DNA of 64,000 bases from Phoronis australis (Eukaryota > Animalia > Phoronida), in assembly GCA_002633005.1 (NCBI GenBank), contig NMRA01000662.1, positions 71,375-135,374 on the forward strand, written 5' to 3'. Within the stretch, counting starts at the first letter, position 1; every line of letters starts with the position of its first letter. Below the pieces are notes generated by a model that was given only the letters and a program-made list of their open reading frames with translations, was not told where the DNA came from and did no database searches. Positions 39,401 to 53,500 of the stretch are shown here, in pieces. Made by a program: the position numbers and the translations under genes.

Positions 39401-42400
39401 AGCCCGGGGGGTAATGCTACGATGGTCACAGCCCGGGGAGTAATGCTATGATTGGCACAGCCCTGGGGTAGTGCTATGATGGAGACAGCCCGGGGGTAAT
39501 GCTATGATGGTTACAGCCCGGGGGGAAATTCTGTGATGGGAACAGTTACAACTTGTTTGTTGTTGTGTTTCAGAAATTCAGAATTAGTGACAGATGTTTA
39601 ACGGACAGTAAAGTGTTGAACTCGTCAACGTCGGTGGAGAGTGACGCCTCCGACTCTGTTCTTAGCAGTAGCAGTTGTGTGAAGAGTGAAACGGACACTC
39701 CTAGTGTGCCGGGTGTCCCCGCAGTGACAGTAACCAGCTGTGGACAGAAGGGGGCGCCCTTGGAGACTATAGAGGAGATGGAGGTTGGGAGTAGTAGTTG
39801 TGCCGAAGGTGATCAGGAGATCAGTGAGGAAGGTGTGTTGCCAGGGGTCGAGACAAAGTCAGAACCTCAGAGTACTGTTGAGCATGCAACTGACACTGAG
39901 AGGAGCATCAGTGCGAGTGAGGTGCAGTCAACCGGCAAGGCTAGTCGACTGGACGATCTAAGTGAAGGTGAGATTGTTAGCAGTGATGAAGAGGATGAAG
40001 GACAGTGCACGTCATCAACAGGTGTTGCCTGTAGTAATGCTGTCGCTAAAGAGGCTGATGATCATGCCTGTCGAGAAGCAGAGGTCTCGACGACAACGGG
40101 CACATTGGAGTCTAAATCTGAGGGGGTAGACTCTGCGAGTAGGCACGGATGTAGCAATGATGCGCCTGCTGTTTCTAGTGTGTTATCAACAATTCCATTT
40201 GGGCCAGCCGGTTACGTAAGCCTGAGTGACAAATTGGCAAGTCTGGTTCCAGAGAGAGACCAGACAGTCAGTAGTTGTTCTAGTGATAGCACGGACCATG
40301 TGAATCAGTTGGCAGTGGTATCGAAATCTCAGTCATTAGAATTCGGTTCACAGGGGACACCATTGTTGTCGCCCACTAGTAGCCTGTCGTCGGGTCATTT
40401 GACCAGCAGTAGCAGTGAGACTAGACTGACCATCAACGTCCCAGTGGCGACATCATCACCAAACACATCTTGTCCGCCCACGCCTACAGTACCAGGGACA
40501 CCACCTGTGAAGAAAAAGGTGAGTGTTAAGCTTTTCCATTCAGTTTTCTGTTGAATCTGCTGTTAATAGATTTTTCTTTTCTATGCTCCCACATATACAT
40601 ATATGAGTTTATATTGCTGTCACCTCTGTTTGGTTTTCTGGTTTCTGCTGCTGTAGCTCAGCAAGATCTTCATGTAAGTTGTCAGATGTGTTCCTGTGGA
40701 ACTTTAGGAGGAATCAGACTACTGCTCTGCCCCCTTGTATTAGTTTTAGAGTTTTTCATGTTTGCCTGTGTTTCAAACAAGTTCCTTGAGGAAATCTCAT
40801 GAAATTTGGAAAATTAGTTTTTTTTTTAGATGACAATTCTACAGTGTCGAACAATAGGTGAATTTTGTGCCCCTTGTAGACATATGCATGCAGCCAAATA
40901 CTGATAAGTGACATGCATACATTGAAATCCCTTTCAGTCTGGCATCTGCTGTTGTATCTCCAAAACCCTTTGAAGGATTTGTGTGGAATTATGCAGGCAT
41001 TTTTTTCATTAAATTTGGCATGTATGTATCTATTAGTGAGAGGACGTTATCCTCATGTTTTTGGATGGATTCAAGGTATTTTGCGCCACCTAGTGGCCGT
41101 TTTTACTGTTTTCTGCTTCTGCCCCTCGTATCAACCAAACCACTCTAAGGATGATTGTGAAAATTGGCTTTTATGTTCTTACTGTCAAGAGAACGACTCA
41201 CGATTTTCCAATGACTTCAGCTACTGTGATGCCTCCTTGTGGCAGTTGTTTTGCGCCTATGGCTGTTTATCACCTAAACCCTCTGCAGGTTCTTTATTAC
41301 GTTTAGCAGGTGTATTTATATGAAATTGACATTGGACGACGACAACTTTCTGAGGATCACACTGTTCCCTCTGGTGGCAGTTTCATTTTTTTGTTTTCCT
41401 TTTGTATCTTTGAAGTTCCTTGATAGATTTTTATGCGCCCACATATTTATATGTGGATGCATTATGCCGTCCGTCCGTCTGTCCGGGCGGCGTCCGCTGC
41501 TCTATCTCCAAAACCCTTTGAAATTTGGCACATATGTTCCATTCATGAGTGGGACGGCATGTGCGAACTTTCGGACGGATTCGACTACCCTTGTGCCCCC
41601 TAGTGGCAGTTTTAGTTTTTTACGCTTACCTTTGTATATTCAAAAGTCCTGTACGGATTTTCATGAAATTTGGTATGTAGGCACCTATTAGTGAGATGAC
41701 GCTATCCTCCCGTTTTCAGATGGATTCGACGTAGTTTGCGCTACCTAGTGGCCATTTTTAGTGTTTTCGAGTCTGTTTTTGTGTGTCCACCTCTCTATCA
41801 ACCAAACCACTCAAAGGATGATTGTGAAAATTGGCATGTATATGCTTACTATGTAGAGGACAGTTGACGATGACTTTCTGACGATTTCGACTACTGTGGC
41901 ACCTCCTAGTGACAGTTTTGTTTTTTTTCGCCTATGGCTGTATCTCCTAAACCGTTCGCAGGATCTTTACGAAATTGTGTAAGTATATTTATATGATGTT
42001 AACAACGGGACATGATGACTCTTGGACGGATCCTACTACCGGTGTGCCCCCTAGTGGCAATTTTAGTTTTTTACGCTTACGTTTGTATCTTCAAAAGTCC
42101 TGAACGGATTTTTATGAAATTTGGTGTGTAGATGACGCTATCCTCCCGTTTTCAGATGGATTCGACATAGTTTGCGCCACCTAGTGGCCATTTTTAGTGT
42201 TTTCGAGTCTGTTTTTGTGCGTCCACCCCTCTATCAACCAAACCGCTCAAAGGATGATTGTGAAAATTGGNNNNNNNNNNNNNNNNNNNNNNNNNNNNNN
42301 NNNNNNNNNNNNNNNNNNNNNNNNNNNNNNNNNNNNNNNNNNNNNNNNNNNNNNNNNNNNNNNNNNNNNNNNNNNNNNNNNNNNNNNNNNNNNNNNNNNN

Positions 42401-45400
42401 NNNNNNNNNNNNNNNNNNNNNNNNNNNNNNNNNNNNNNNNNNNNNNNNNNNNNNNNNNNNNNNNNNNNNNNNNNNNNNNNNNNNNNNNNNNNNNNNNNNN
42501 NNNNNNNNNNNNNNNNNNNNNNNNNNNNNNNNNNNNNNNNNNNNNNNNNNNNNNNNNNNNNNNNNNNNNNNNNNNNNNNNNNNNNNNNNNNNNNNNNNNN
42601 NNNNNNNNNNNNNNNNNNNNNNNNNNNNNNNNNNNNNNNNNNNNNNNNNNNNNNNNNNNNNNNNNNNNNNNNNNNNNNNNNNNNNNNNNNNNNNNNNNNN
42701 NNNNNNNNNNNNNNNNNNNNNNNNNNNNNNNNNNNNNNNNNNNNNNNNNNNNNNNNNNNNNNNNNNNNNNNNNNNNNNNNNNNNNNNNNNNNNNNNNNNN
42801 NNNNNNNNNNNNNNNNAGTAGAAATTTGTTTCTGGCATTCTAATGCTGTGCTAATCTCGTATGTTGGTAAATTTGTTTTTAATTCTATGTTTCTGTGGTG
42901 CTTTAAGCAACTGATGTATAGGATGTGCTTGTATTATGAAGATCACTCACATTTTGCCCCTAGCCTATTGAGGAGACAATGACCATGCCTTTCCATTTTG
43001 CAAAGTACAATATACTACATATATGCCCTCTACTGGCCACTTTATGGTACTAATAAACAACCCTAGAAGGATACCGTATACGGTGCAATTTGACGAGTGT
43101 ATTTATTGGAAGTTGACAATGGACAACGGCAACATTTGGACGGATCTAACTACTGCTTCGTCCCCTAGTGGCAATTTTGTTTTTTCGTTATCCTCTTTAT
43201 CTCTTCGATAGATTCGACATATAGTGGCCGTTTTTATTATCATGAAATTTTGCAAATAGGTTTCTATTAAGGAGACGACAATGCCTTCTCTATTTCGTAC
43301 GGATCTGACATATTCTGCGCCATTTGGTGGCCATTTTAAAAAAAATAGCGCATTTTTATATCACCCTCGCCATACACCAAACTGCTTGAAGGGTCATTAT
43401 TAAGATTTGGAGATGTGTTCCTGATGAGAAGATCGAGGCTGACTTTGATTTTCGGAGGTATTAAACTACTCTGGCCACCCCTAGTGGCAATTTTATTATT
43501 TGGCGTTCACGTCTGTATTTCCTTTACCCTTTGCAAGATCCTTCTGAAATTTAGCAGATGATTTCCTACGGAGATGGCGACAGATGACTGCGAGTTTCAG
43601 ACCAGTGTAATAACAGCTGTGCCCCCTACTGGCAAGTTTATATTTTATTTTTTATGTTTGCCTCTGTGCCTTGGTTCCTCGGATGACGAATTTGGGACGG
43701 CCCTGACTACCGGTGTGCTCCCAAGTGGGAATTTTAGTTTTTCACGTTTACCTCTGTATCATCGGAGGTCCTCAATGGGTTTTCATGAGATTTGGCGTAT
43801 AGCCATCAATTAGTGAGGTGGTGCTATCAACCTGTTTTCGAACGGATTCAAGGTATTTTGTGCCACCTAGTGGCCATTTTTACTGTTTTCGAGTCCGCCC
43901 ATCAACCAAGCCACTCGAGGATGATTGTGAAAATTGGCATATATGTTCTGGGTGTGAAGAGGACGGTTGATGATTTTTCAACCTGTCATGCCCATAGCTG
44001 TATGTGCTCAACCCATTGCAGGATCTTTATGAAATTTAGCAAGTGTATTTATATGAGGTTGACAACGGACGATGACGACTTTCAGACAGATCCGACGAAC
44101 GCACAGTTTCCCATCTTTGGATGGGTTCGATGTATTCTGTGCCATCTAATGGCCGTTTTTTATCCTAGAAATAAACACCCCTAAAAGCACCCCGCTTGCA
44201 GTGCAGTCGTCAGCGCATTTCAACATTCTGCGTTGCTCTAGTTATGAAGTTTGGCCTTTGTGTTTCTGTGAAGGAGACGATAACATTTTCTGTGAAGGAG
44301 ACGATAACATTTTTAGATGGATTCAACTTATTCTTGGGCAAATCTACTATGGTGGTCCCAAAGTGGGCAAATCTACTGCTTTTATTATGCACCCACATAT
44401 TTATTTGAGGACACATTATGCTGTCCTCTCTGTCAGTCCGGTGTCCGCTGCTCTATCTCCAAAACCCTTTTACGTACGTTCATGAAATTTTGCACATATG
44501 TTCCTATCATGGATGGGACGGCATGAGCGAACTTTCGGACGGATCCGACTACCGGTGTGTGTCCCAGTAGCAATTTTAGTTTTTTACGCTTACCTCTTTA
44601 ACTTCAAAGGTCCTCAACATATTTTAATATCATTTGGCATGTAGGCATCTATTAGTGAGGTGACGCTATCCTCCCGTTTTTGGATGGATTCGACCTAGTT
44701 TGCACCACCTAGTGGCCATTTTTGCTGTTTTTTGGCGTCCACCCCTCAGTCAACTAAACCATTGTAAGGATGGCGTATATGCTCTCAGTGTGAAGAGGAC
44801 GGTTGACGATAACGAATTCGACTACTGTGGCGCCTCCTAGTTGTAGTTTTGTTTTGTTTTGCGCCCATAGCTGCATCTCCTAAACACACTGCAGGATCTT
44901 TATTAAATTTTGTAATTGTATTTATATGAAGCTAACAACAGACGACGAAGTCTTTCAGGCGGATCCAATGAACGCTGTGCCCCATAGTGGCAGTTTCATT
45001 TTTTCTGTTTTCCTTTGTTTTTCTGAAGTTCCTTGACAGATTGTTATGAAATTTGGTAAATGCGATGGCATGTTCCTATTTTCAGATGGATTGGACATTT
45101 TTTGGCCTTTTAGTGGCTATTTTTGTGAAACAAACAACCCTAGAAGTACTCCGTTAGCGGTGCATTTGTGGGCGCAATTCAACGGGTTGCTTTTGTTGTT
45201 CTTTACATTCTATTGAGGAGGGCCATGCTGATGTTAATTTTAGATAGATGTGACTACTGTACTGTTCCCTTTGGGCTATTTTCTCTGTGTCTTCCCCAAT
45301 TATCAGTGGGTCTGGCCTTACTGTCTACCTTGTTCTATAATGGATCTTCATGAATTTTGCAGTTTCCTGTTGGTGGGAGCACAATTGCTCTTTGATCTTC

Positions 45401-47501
45401 AGGTGGAACTGGTTGCATTGGAAATATTTGAAAAATGAATAACTACAGTATGTGTTGACCTTTTTTCAATACAAGTGATTTAGGCACATATTAACTTTCT
45501 GCTTTGCTCATAGTTCCGATAGGCTGTGTAATATATGTTCTTTGCTTGCCGTTTATTTAGTGTTCTGCAGTCTTTGTGTAGTTTCCAACAGTAATTAATA
45601 GATGACTCTGGAAGTTATCTTTGATCTCTGTCAATAGGTGTCTCTGTCGGAGTACAGGAAGAGGCTGAAGGACAAGAGTTCGAGCAATAGCTCACCGGTC
45701 AAGATGACCACTCCTCCAGCATATGGGATTGTTTCCCCCATGGTGGCGACTGCCCCCACCTTGCCGTCTCTACCCCTGTTCTCCAGGGTCTCCACCAGTG
45801 GGAGTAAAGACCAAGACAGAGGTGAGTGTGAGGGCTGATGCACCGTTTTAATTAGTTGGTAGTTAGTCTCGACTGGTCTGTCTGTCATGTAATGCGAGTG
45901 CTGAAGCTGGCACCACTGATGCCTCTCCATTGGGTGTGGCATGGCTGGTCATAGTTAGGTTATGCTTGCGTTTGGGGTCCCCTTTGGGCCTTGCTGTTTT
46001 AACTCTACAGTTTAAGCCTGAATTAGTGAAGTCTTACGAAGAAGAGTGGACCAATGCAGTCTTTTAATTTTTTGGCAGATGCTGCCACACTGGTCTGCGT
46101 GGTATAGTCAGTGTTAAACCTGGCAGAACAGTATCTTGAGGTGTGTATTGTTTTGCTGGTCATGAGGTGTCACGGCTTGCTGCTGACCTATGAAGCTTTC
46201 CCATAGAGAACAAGATACCCCAGTGTTCTTTGGATGAGGATTTCACAAGTTGGTGTTAAACCTTGAATCTCAGCTGGAGCTGCTACTTGAAAGTCTAGAT
46301 GATCCACCTGATGTCTTGGTTAATTATGTTTGTCAAGTGGCTTGCTTGTGGCCAATGTAAGCTCATTAACCCATGGGGCACCTAACCTACAGGTGCTTTG
46401 ATTGGCAGTTGTTTGTGTGGTCCTTCTGTTGATACTCCTATGCATTCATTGTGCCCGCCTAAGCCACTGGTCAAAGGAATCTTCCAGCTGGCCGCATTAC
46501 CTTTCACTGCCCTTGTCCTGTAGGTATAGGCAAACCCTTCAAGGCTCTTTGGTGACCTCTTCACTGGTTGATAATTGCATAGTCTACTTGTACACCATTA
46601 GCTGACCTGGTGCAAGTCCTGTTAATTGCTGCCACAGGGGCTGACAACAGTCTCGACACTGGACCTGCTGGGCTCTTGGGGAGACAGCATTCACCACAGC
46701 CCCTTAGTGTAGACACCTGCATTGTATTGTGCATTGTGGTGATCGGCGGCCTCAGGTGGCCACCCAGATATCTCGCCATGAACGTATGGGTGTTGGAGAG
46801 TGTGCGCGTGTGATGAGCTAGAGTGACTTGGTAGAGTCCACCACTTCCTCCTGGTGTATCACCTTGCCAGCTGACTAATGACCTCACTGCTGGTTTGTGT
46901 CACTGCTGTTTTCCTTTGTGGTCTATGTGCTCTACTACGTGTATGAAACCTTCTGAGCAATTTTTGAGAATCTTGAGTACTTTTTGTAGAGCTCGGAGCC
47001 CTGTTTAAAACCTTGAGGTGTGCCTGAAGTCCACACAAGAACTGCTACTTACTTTCTATTCTTTTGTTTTAAGAACGGCAATATTCACAAGTTCCCACAT
47101 TTTGAGAACCAGTTTGATGCTTGTGATTCAGCAAGGCTTGGAATTTTCCGCAGAAACTCGGATTTCCGCTTTTTTCAAATGTTCTGTTCGCGTATTTTAT
47201 TATATTTCCGCGTAAAAAAAAAACGGATTTGATATAAAATTTCTGCGGCAAATCTCTTTCTTACCGCGGCGTTGCCGACTTTCACCTCGAAAAGCGTAAG
47301 TTGCTCTTTATGTTTCGGAGGAACGTAAATTATCAATATTGCCGGGGCATCTGGGATAGCGTGGTGGTTTTCTGTAATGGCGTCTCGTGTGATTGTAAAC
47401 CGTGCGTGGTGACAAATACTACGACTCTGCCGCCAAAATGTGAGGTGGGAGTGGACGGACGAGCTAACAAGACGCAGATGCACGCTTCTGGAGGTGGTAC
47501 C

Positions 47502-47544
<43 letters not shown>

Positions 47545-50500
47545 TGCTCCCGATTTTTGTCGGCAAAAGGGGTCCACATCGACTATTTCAAGGCTGGGTG
47601 CGTGCACCTTTTGGGCCGTAAAAATTTCTGCTTTTTGTGTCATTGGTCATTCCAATCCCTGATTCAGTGGAGATTACTGGTTCTCAAAACACAGGACCCC
47701 TGTAAGTGGCTACTAGCATAAAAAGAAAAGTGATAACATGGTCAGTAAGTAAATATAAAATATGAATAAATGAATTTAACTGTAGTTGTTTCTGTGTGAT
47801 TTAGCGGAAAGCTAAATTAGTTTTCCAAAACATTGTATACATCTGAACCCATGTTTTTCCAAGACTTGGTGTGCGTGTTTGAAGTCAAAGTGGACACGGT
47901 TTTGGTCATTTTGTTTCGCTGCCTTGGAACTGCCATGTTGTTTGTCCTTCATAAAACAACAGGTATATCTGCCCAACCAGTGTCTCAATTGAATGCCTGG
48001 TAGTAATGTCAGCCATTTGTTTTGACAATGGCATTGCCATTTCTTTCCTGAACTTGTCTAAGTATTTTCTCTTCCTTCACAACCAGCTTTTGCTGCTAGC
48101 CACTTGGCCACATATTCAATCAGTTGAGTCCTGAACTCATATCTTTATGGCCCAGAAGTCAATAACATTAGAGGCCACATGTAGTCCAGTCTGCCATTAA
48201 TAGCCACCTTGATTTATGTAGTTCTGATGGAGATAGCATTATTGGTCACAAGGAGTCCTGTCTGCCATTAATAGTCACCTTGATTTAGGTAGTTCTGATG
48301 GAGATCAGCATTACTGGCCACAGGGAGTCCAGTCTGCCAATAATAGCCACCTTGTTTTATGTAGTTCTGATGGAGATCAGCATTACTGGCCTCATTCCTA
48401 GCTTTCCTCAAATACACAGTCTGGGAACTACTCATTCATTTTCTTACCCTGGTCTGACCAGGTGGCCGTTGCCCATTTCCACATGTTGAGAGAGTGTGTG
48501 TGTAGGATGGCTGGAAGTTGGACTACAACATCAGAGACTCATTTGTTGTGGGTTTTTTTTCTTGCTGCGTAACTGGCCATGTTGTCTGCAGGTGGGGTGT
48601 GGTCTGTGGTCATGTTGTTCACAGGTGGGGTGTCGTCCGTGGCGTGTGGTCGTGGGCCTGTGCCTGGTCTTCTCTTCACCTAATCTGCTTGTGTTGATTA
48701 GGAAAAAACACTGTGTAAACAGACGTGTGGACCATCAACTGGCCAGTCAGTACAATGGCAGGCTTTGTGTGTCCAGTTAGTCTAGTTAATTGGTCTAGCT
48801 CAAGGCAGCCTGATGGTGTTTACATGGTGTTCTGCACAAATGTTACCTTCAAAGGTTATTGATGTAACAGGCTATTTGTGTTTCTTATTTTTTCAGTTAG
48901 TCGATTTTACTGGGTAATAGAGAAGTTAGTTGCACGTTTCTGACAGGTTTTCAAAATTAATAATATCCCAGTATAGCCTGTGGTTTTGTTTGATTAGGCC
49001 GTGTTTGTGTTTTTAATGGTTATTCCATGGTAATCACTTAAGCCTTCTCAAAACAACGATTCTTCCTGTTTTTCTCAATGCCTCTATTGTCCCATCACCA
49101 CCTCCCTGCCTTGCTGGACCATGGGTTTTTGCCCCTGGGCACTGTTGGCATTGGACATGAGATAGCCATGTTTTATTTGGCAGTTGCCTCAAGAATTTAT
49201 CATTCTAGGAATCTTCATTCTAGGAATCTTCATTCTAGGAATCTGAGGGCTTGAATTTTCTATTCACCCTGGTTACTCACTGGAAATTAGTGTCAATATT
49301 TATTTCTTGCCCATGCTATGCTATCTGTTTCATGAATAGATAGTTCCCAAGAGAAATGTTTGCGCTGACAAGTACATGTATGTATCGGGCAGGCACATAA
49401 TCTCGGGCAGGCACATAATCTCGGTGTTCTCAACAACACTAAATCGAAACTCCACGCATATGTCTAGATGAGTTCAATATCAGTAATCAACATGGTCTCT
49501 TCTCCAGCCATTACTAGTTATGCTGGAGGTTTCAAAACTGCACACTGAATTGGTGTGACCTACTTTTTGACACTTCAAAGTTTAGCTTTCCTACCAGTGT
49601 ATCACACAAGTCCTCCAAAGTATTTGACAGACCTACAGCAGCAAGCAAAAGATTAAAAGTTCCTTTAATAATACCAATACCGATTCTAATATCAATTAGA
49701 CATATTAAATATTATTAATATGTGCTCTGGTGTGGCCTAATTTTCAGTGACACCTGTTGTCAAGTTGAATAAGCTCATAAGTTCTAACTTGCCACCAGAT
49801 GTCAGTCAAAAGAATTTCGTTAGATTTCATTAGTTATAGTTTAAACTCTTGTAGTATCATAAAAAGTTATACATATATTGTTAGCTACCTCAGAAGTACT
49901 GAATTGGGCTTGATGTTGGTACAATCAGGCTCTGCTTTGGTGCCAAGGGCTGAATGCCAAGCCAGTACATTTTGAACTCTATGCACGGTCTCCAAACTCC
50001 ACGCGGCAAAATCCAAACTTGTTACAGCGTCGAGTTAAAACAGGTCGTGGAAAACACTGAGTCTGCATGGGTTTTGATGTTGGCTTGGAAGTGTAGGCGT
50101 GATTGCTGACGGGGGAGAATTGCCTAGCTCGTGTTAAGTGTGTAGTTTGTTTGGCAATGCAGTGCGTCATCGGCAAACTGGTAAAACTGAGGAACTACTT
50201 TACGTAGATGTTAGGGAGTTGGTTGCAGCTGTACACTTGCCCAAGTTGTTGAAGCTAACAGTGTCACACATGGCTTGTCATGTTTACAAACGTAGTTGTG
50301 CGTTTCATACTGTATTACACTCTATTTGATAACACTGTTTCCAATCTTTGCTTCGTCCACTGAATAACTAAAGCTAAATTAAGGACAGCAACATCTCACC
50401 AATATGTTGGACAGTAATAATTGACAAAATTGCCTGGTCTCATTTTTCAAGGGCTTCTAGCATTGGTTCGAATGCACACGATTTTACAAAATATTTTCTG

Positions 50501-53500
50501 TTTGTAGCTATTATGCAGAACTTAGATACAGCAAAGCATCATTCTGGTACTGTATATTATTTATTTTAAAACAAATGGAAAAGTGAACTTCACCGTTCTG
50601 CCGTATTGTGTTCTAAATGGGTGAGATATTACCGTACGGATTTTTTATGTGTCATGTTGGTCAGATCACGTGACCTAGAGTCTGAAAAGATCTTTGTCCT
50701 TACAGTTGCTGTAACCGTTGCACGACGTGGGACTTTCTTCGAATGATGCACACTAATTTCTTGGGTATATACCAACGCATTGATTTATGGCAGTGCAATT
50801 AGCGTAAAAGGTTGTTTTTGACACGGATTTGAGTTGTTGCGTCACGGATTTATGCTGTTTGTGGCTCTTTGCCAGAGAGTATACTTCTGTTAGTTATTGA
50901 TGGGATTTGCACAGATTTTCATACTTGATATTCAGACCTGTAATTAATTATAATGGATAATCAGATATTAAGAGAATAGATTGATAGGCTGCATTGAGTA
51001 ACCTTGTGGCATGACTGGGATGATGGAGGAATGAAGGTGTTTTTAACCTCTGTCTAGTGTTTTAGATTCTGCTCGACATTATTTTTAATGAATCGAAACT
51101 TACCAACCACACTTTCGTTTTGTGGTATAGTTTTGGTTTAGAGTTTGTAAAGAAAACTCTTTGAGAACATAAATATCAATATCATGCATTGTCTCGTTTT
51201 CTCTTTATTCATACTATTTATATACACAATGTAAAAAATATCATATATGGCATTTAAGGTCGTTATTTTTATTGATTAATGTCATTATTATTACGATGAT
51301 TCACTTGTAGTATAAACTATAATGTCAATTATTATTGAAAAATTACCAGTGGTGAAACATGGTAAAAACTCCATTCAGTACTCTACTTCTCCCCACACCA
51401 GTGATACAGTGAAATTGTGAGCACAACAACAACATGTTATATATTGATTACAGTGTTCCCCACATCTGAAAATATTAACATGTCGCACGCGTAAAATCTG
51501 CAACAAACATGCCTGAACCGCGCAGCAGTCAACGTTCATCGTGGGCTAGTGTGTGCCTTGTTTTTACCCACGCACTTTAACAGTAATGCACAGTAATGTA
51601 AACAAATAACTGTTTGTTCAACTTTTTTATTTTTAAAATGTGGCAGTGAACTTATTTACAAACGTATCACAAAAACCATTCGTTTTGTCAATGACTTTGA
51701 ATTGCAAGTCTACATAGAATTGTTTGAAACAGTATGCGGAAATATTTTACTCAATACTTGCGATGTCAATGTCAAGTAAGTCCAAAAAGTCTAACATACA
51801 GGTAAACTTATCCCACGGAGCAGACAGTCCAAGTGAATTTTCTTTGTAAAGCCAGTCACATTTTTATATGTCTTAATAGCCGAGTCTATGTTTTCTCTAA
51901 GTCTAAGGAGTAATGTCTTGAACAGCATTCTTATAGTCAATACCCCGGCCCGCATTGTCTGTCCGAATTTATATTTTCTGAAGTTGCAGGGTTTGACGTT
52001 ATTAAAATCGCCAGGTTGCATTTTGCGACTTAGTCAAAATCCCAGGTCGCAGTTTCAAAATCCAGCTCGCATTCATATATGCCAGGTCGCAGAATTTTCT
52101 CACCATTTTAAGCACCTAAATAGATTGTTTAGATCATAAAGAAAATATTTAGATTATGCTCTTTCCTGCATTGTTAAATAAATTTCAGATCCCAAAATTG
52201 AGTTCGTTCATGCAGGTATGCCATTACTGTTCTTCATGACCGCCATTGAAGGGCGCTAGAGCTCAAGGCTAGTTGCCTACGTGAAAGTTGAATCAATGCA
52301 CTCTAAGTGACAAGTGCATTTGAGTAGCTAAGTTTGCGATGTGAAAACAGAGAACATGCTTGTTGAGAAAGTATCCGCGATTTTGCTAGGTCTGACCTGC
52401 TATATGGCTGTCATCGAAGTCGTTAAAGATCCGAACTAACTCCGAGTGCAAACTCCCTTTATTTTTTGTTCGCAGCCCAAGTTTTGCAACCTGACTCGAC
52501 GTTTGAAAAACATCTATAGAAAAAAATCTGTGAAATATGCCAGAATCGAATGACGTATATGGATGAGCGGGAACAATTCAGTGTAAATTTCACAACAAAT
52601 ACGGGACTTATGCTGATTACTTACTGTTGTGGAGAACACTGGATATTGACTGGATTGTTCAACACTTGCAAGTACGGTATTTCCACAATTTTCAGGATTG
52701 TCACCAACTCATTGTTCCAGCTGAGAACTATATATTTTCAAGTTCGAACAGGTGGTAAGAATGCCGATGTCGGATGTTGTCGGTTGGCAAAAATTTGGTC
52801 CACCGTTCATGGCACGGATATTTGCGATTTGTTGACTGAGCCTGGTAGTATCGCCACCATCCGGATCTGGACTATGTCATATCTGCGTCAGAGTCAATGT
52901 CAATATCTGAAACATCTCTCGGTTTTTAAAATAACTTTTTCGCACTTTTTTCCGTTTCAAGTGTACAAACCTGTCACTTTTCAATTGACGAAGGCATGAT
53001 TAGTTTCAAAGGCAGGTTACACTTTTGCCAATACACGCCAGCAAAGCCTACCAAATGGGGCATAAAGGTGTGGCGAATATGTGAGGCCGATACTGGCTAT
53101 TGTTGCAGTCTTGATATCTATACTGGCAAGAGTAAAGATGGCAGACGTCAACATGGATTAGGATATGATGTGGTGTGGAATTTGTCATCACCATTTCATA
53201 ATAAATTTTACAAACTGTATTTGATCGGTTTTTACATCTGGAATTGGTGAACACGTACATGTGTGACACTGTAGTGCAAAACCGGAAGGGATTCCCAGAG
53301 GCTATCAGAAAATCCTAACTAAAAACAATTGTGACGTTATCCAGTACCAAAAGAGAAACATGATTGCCACGACTGTGAGACAAGCGACAGTTATGCTTTC
53401 TGTCTACTAAATCTGTACCCGGAGTTGACAATGGCAAAGCTAAAGTTAACATAGACTACAACTGCTACATGGAAGGTGTAGATAAATTTGACCAACTGAT

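Noticed and set aside
42172-42982. Long ORFs near 42 kb
   Set aside because: Artefacts of the N gap
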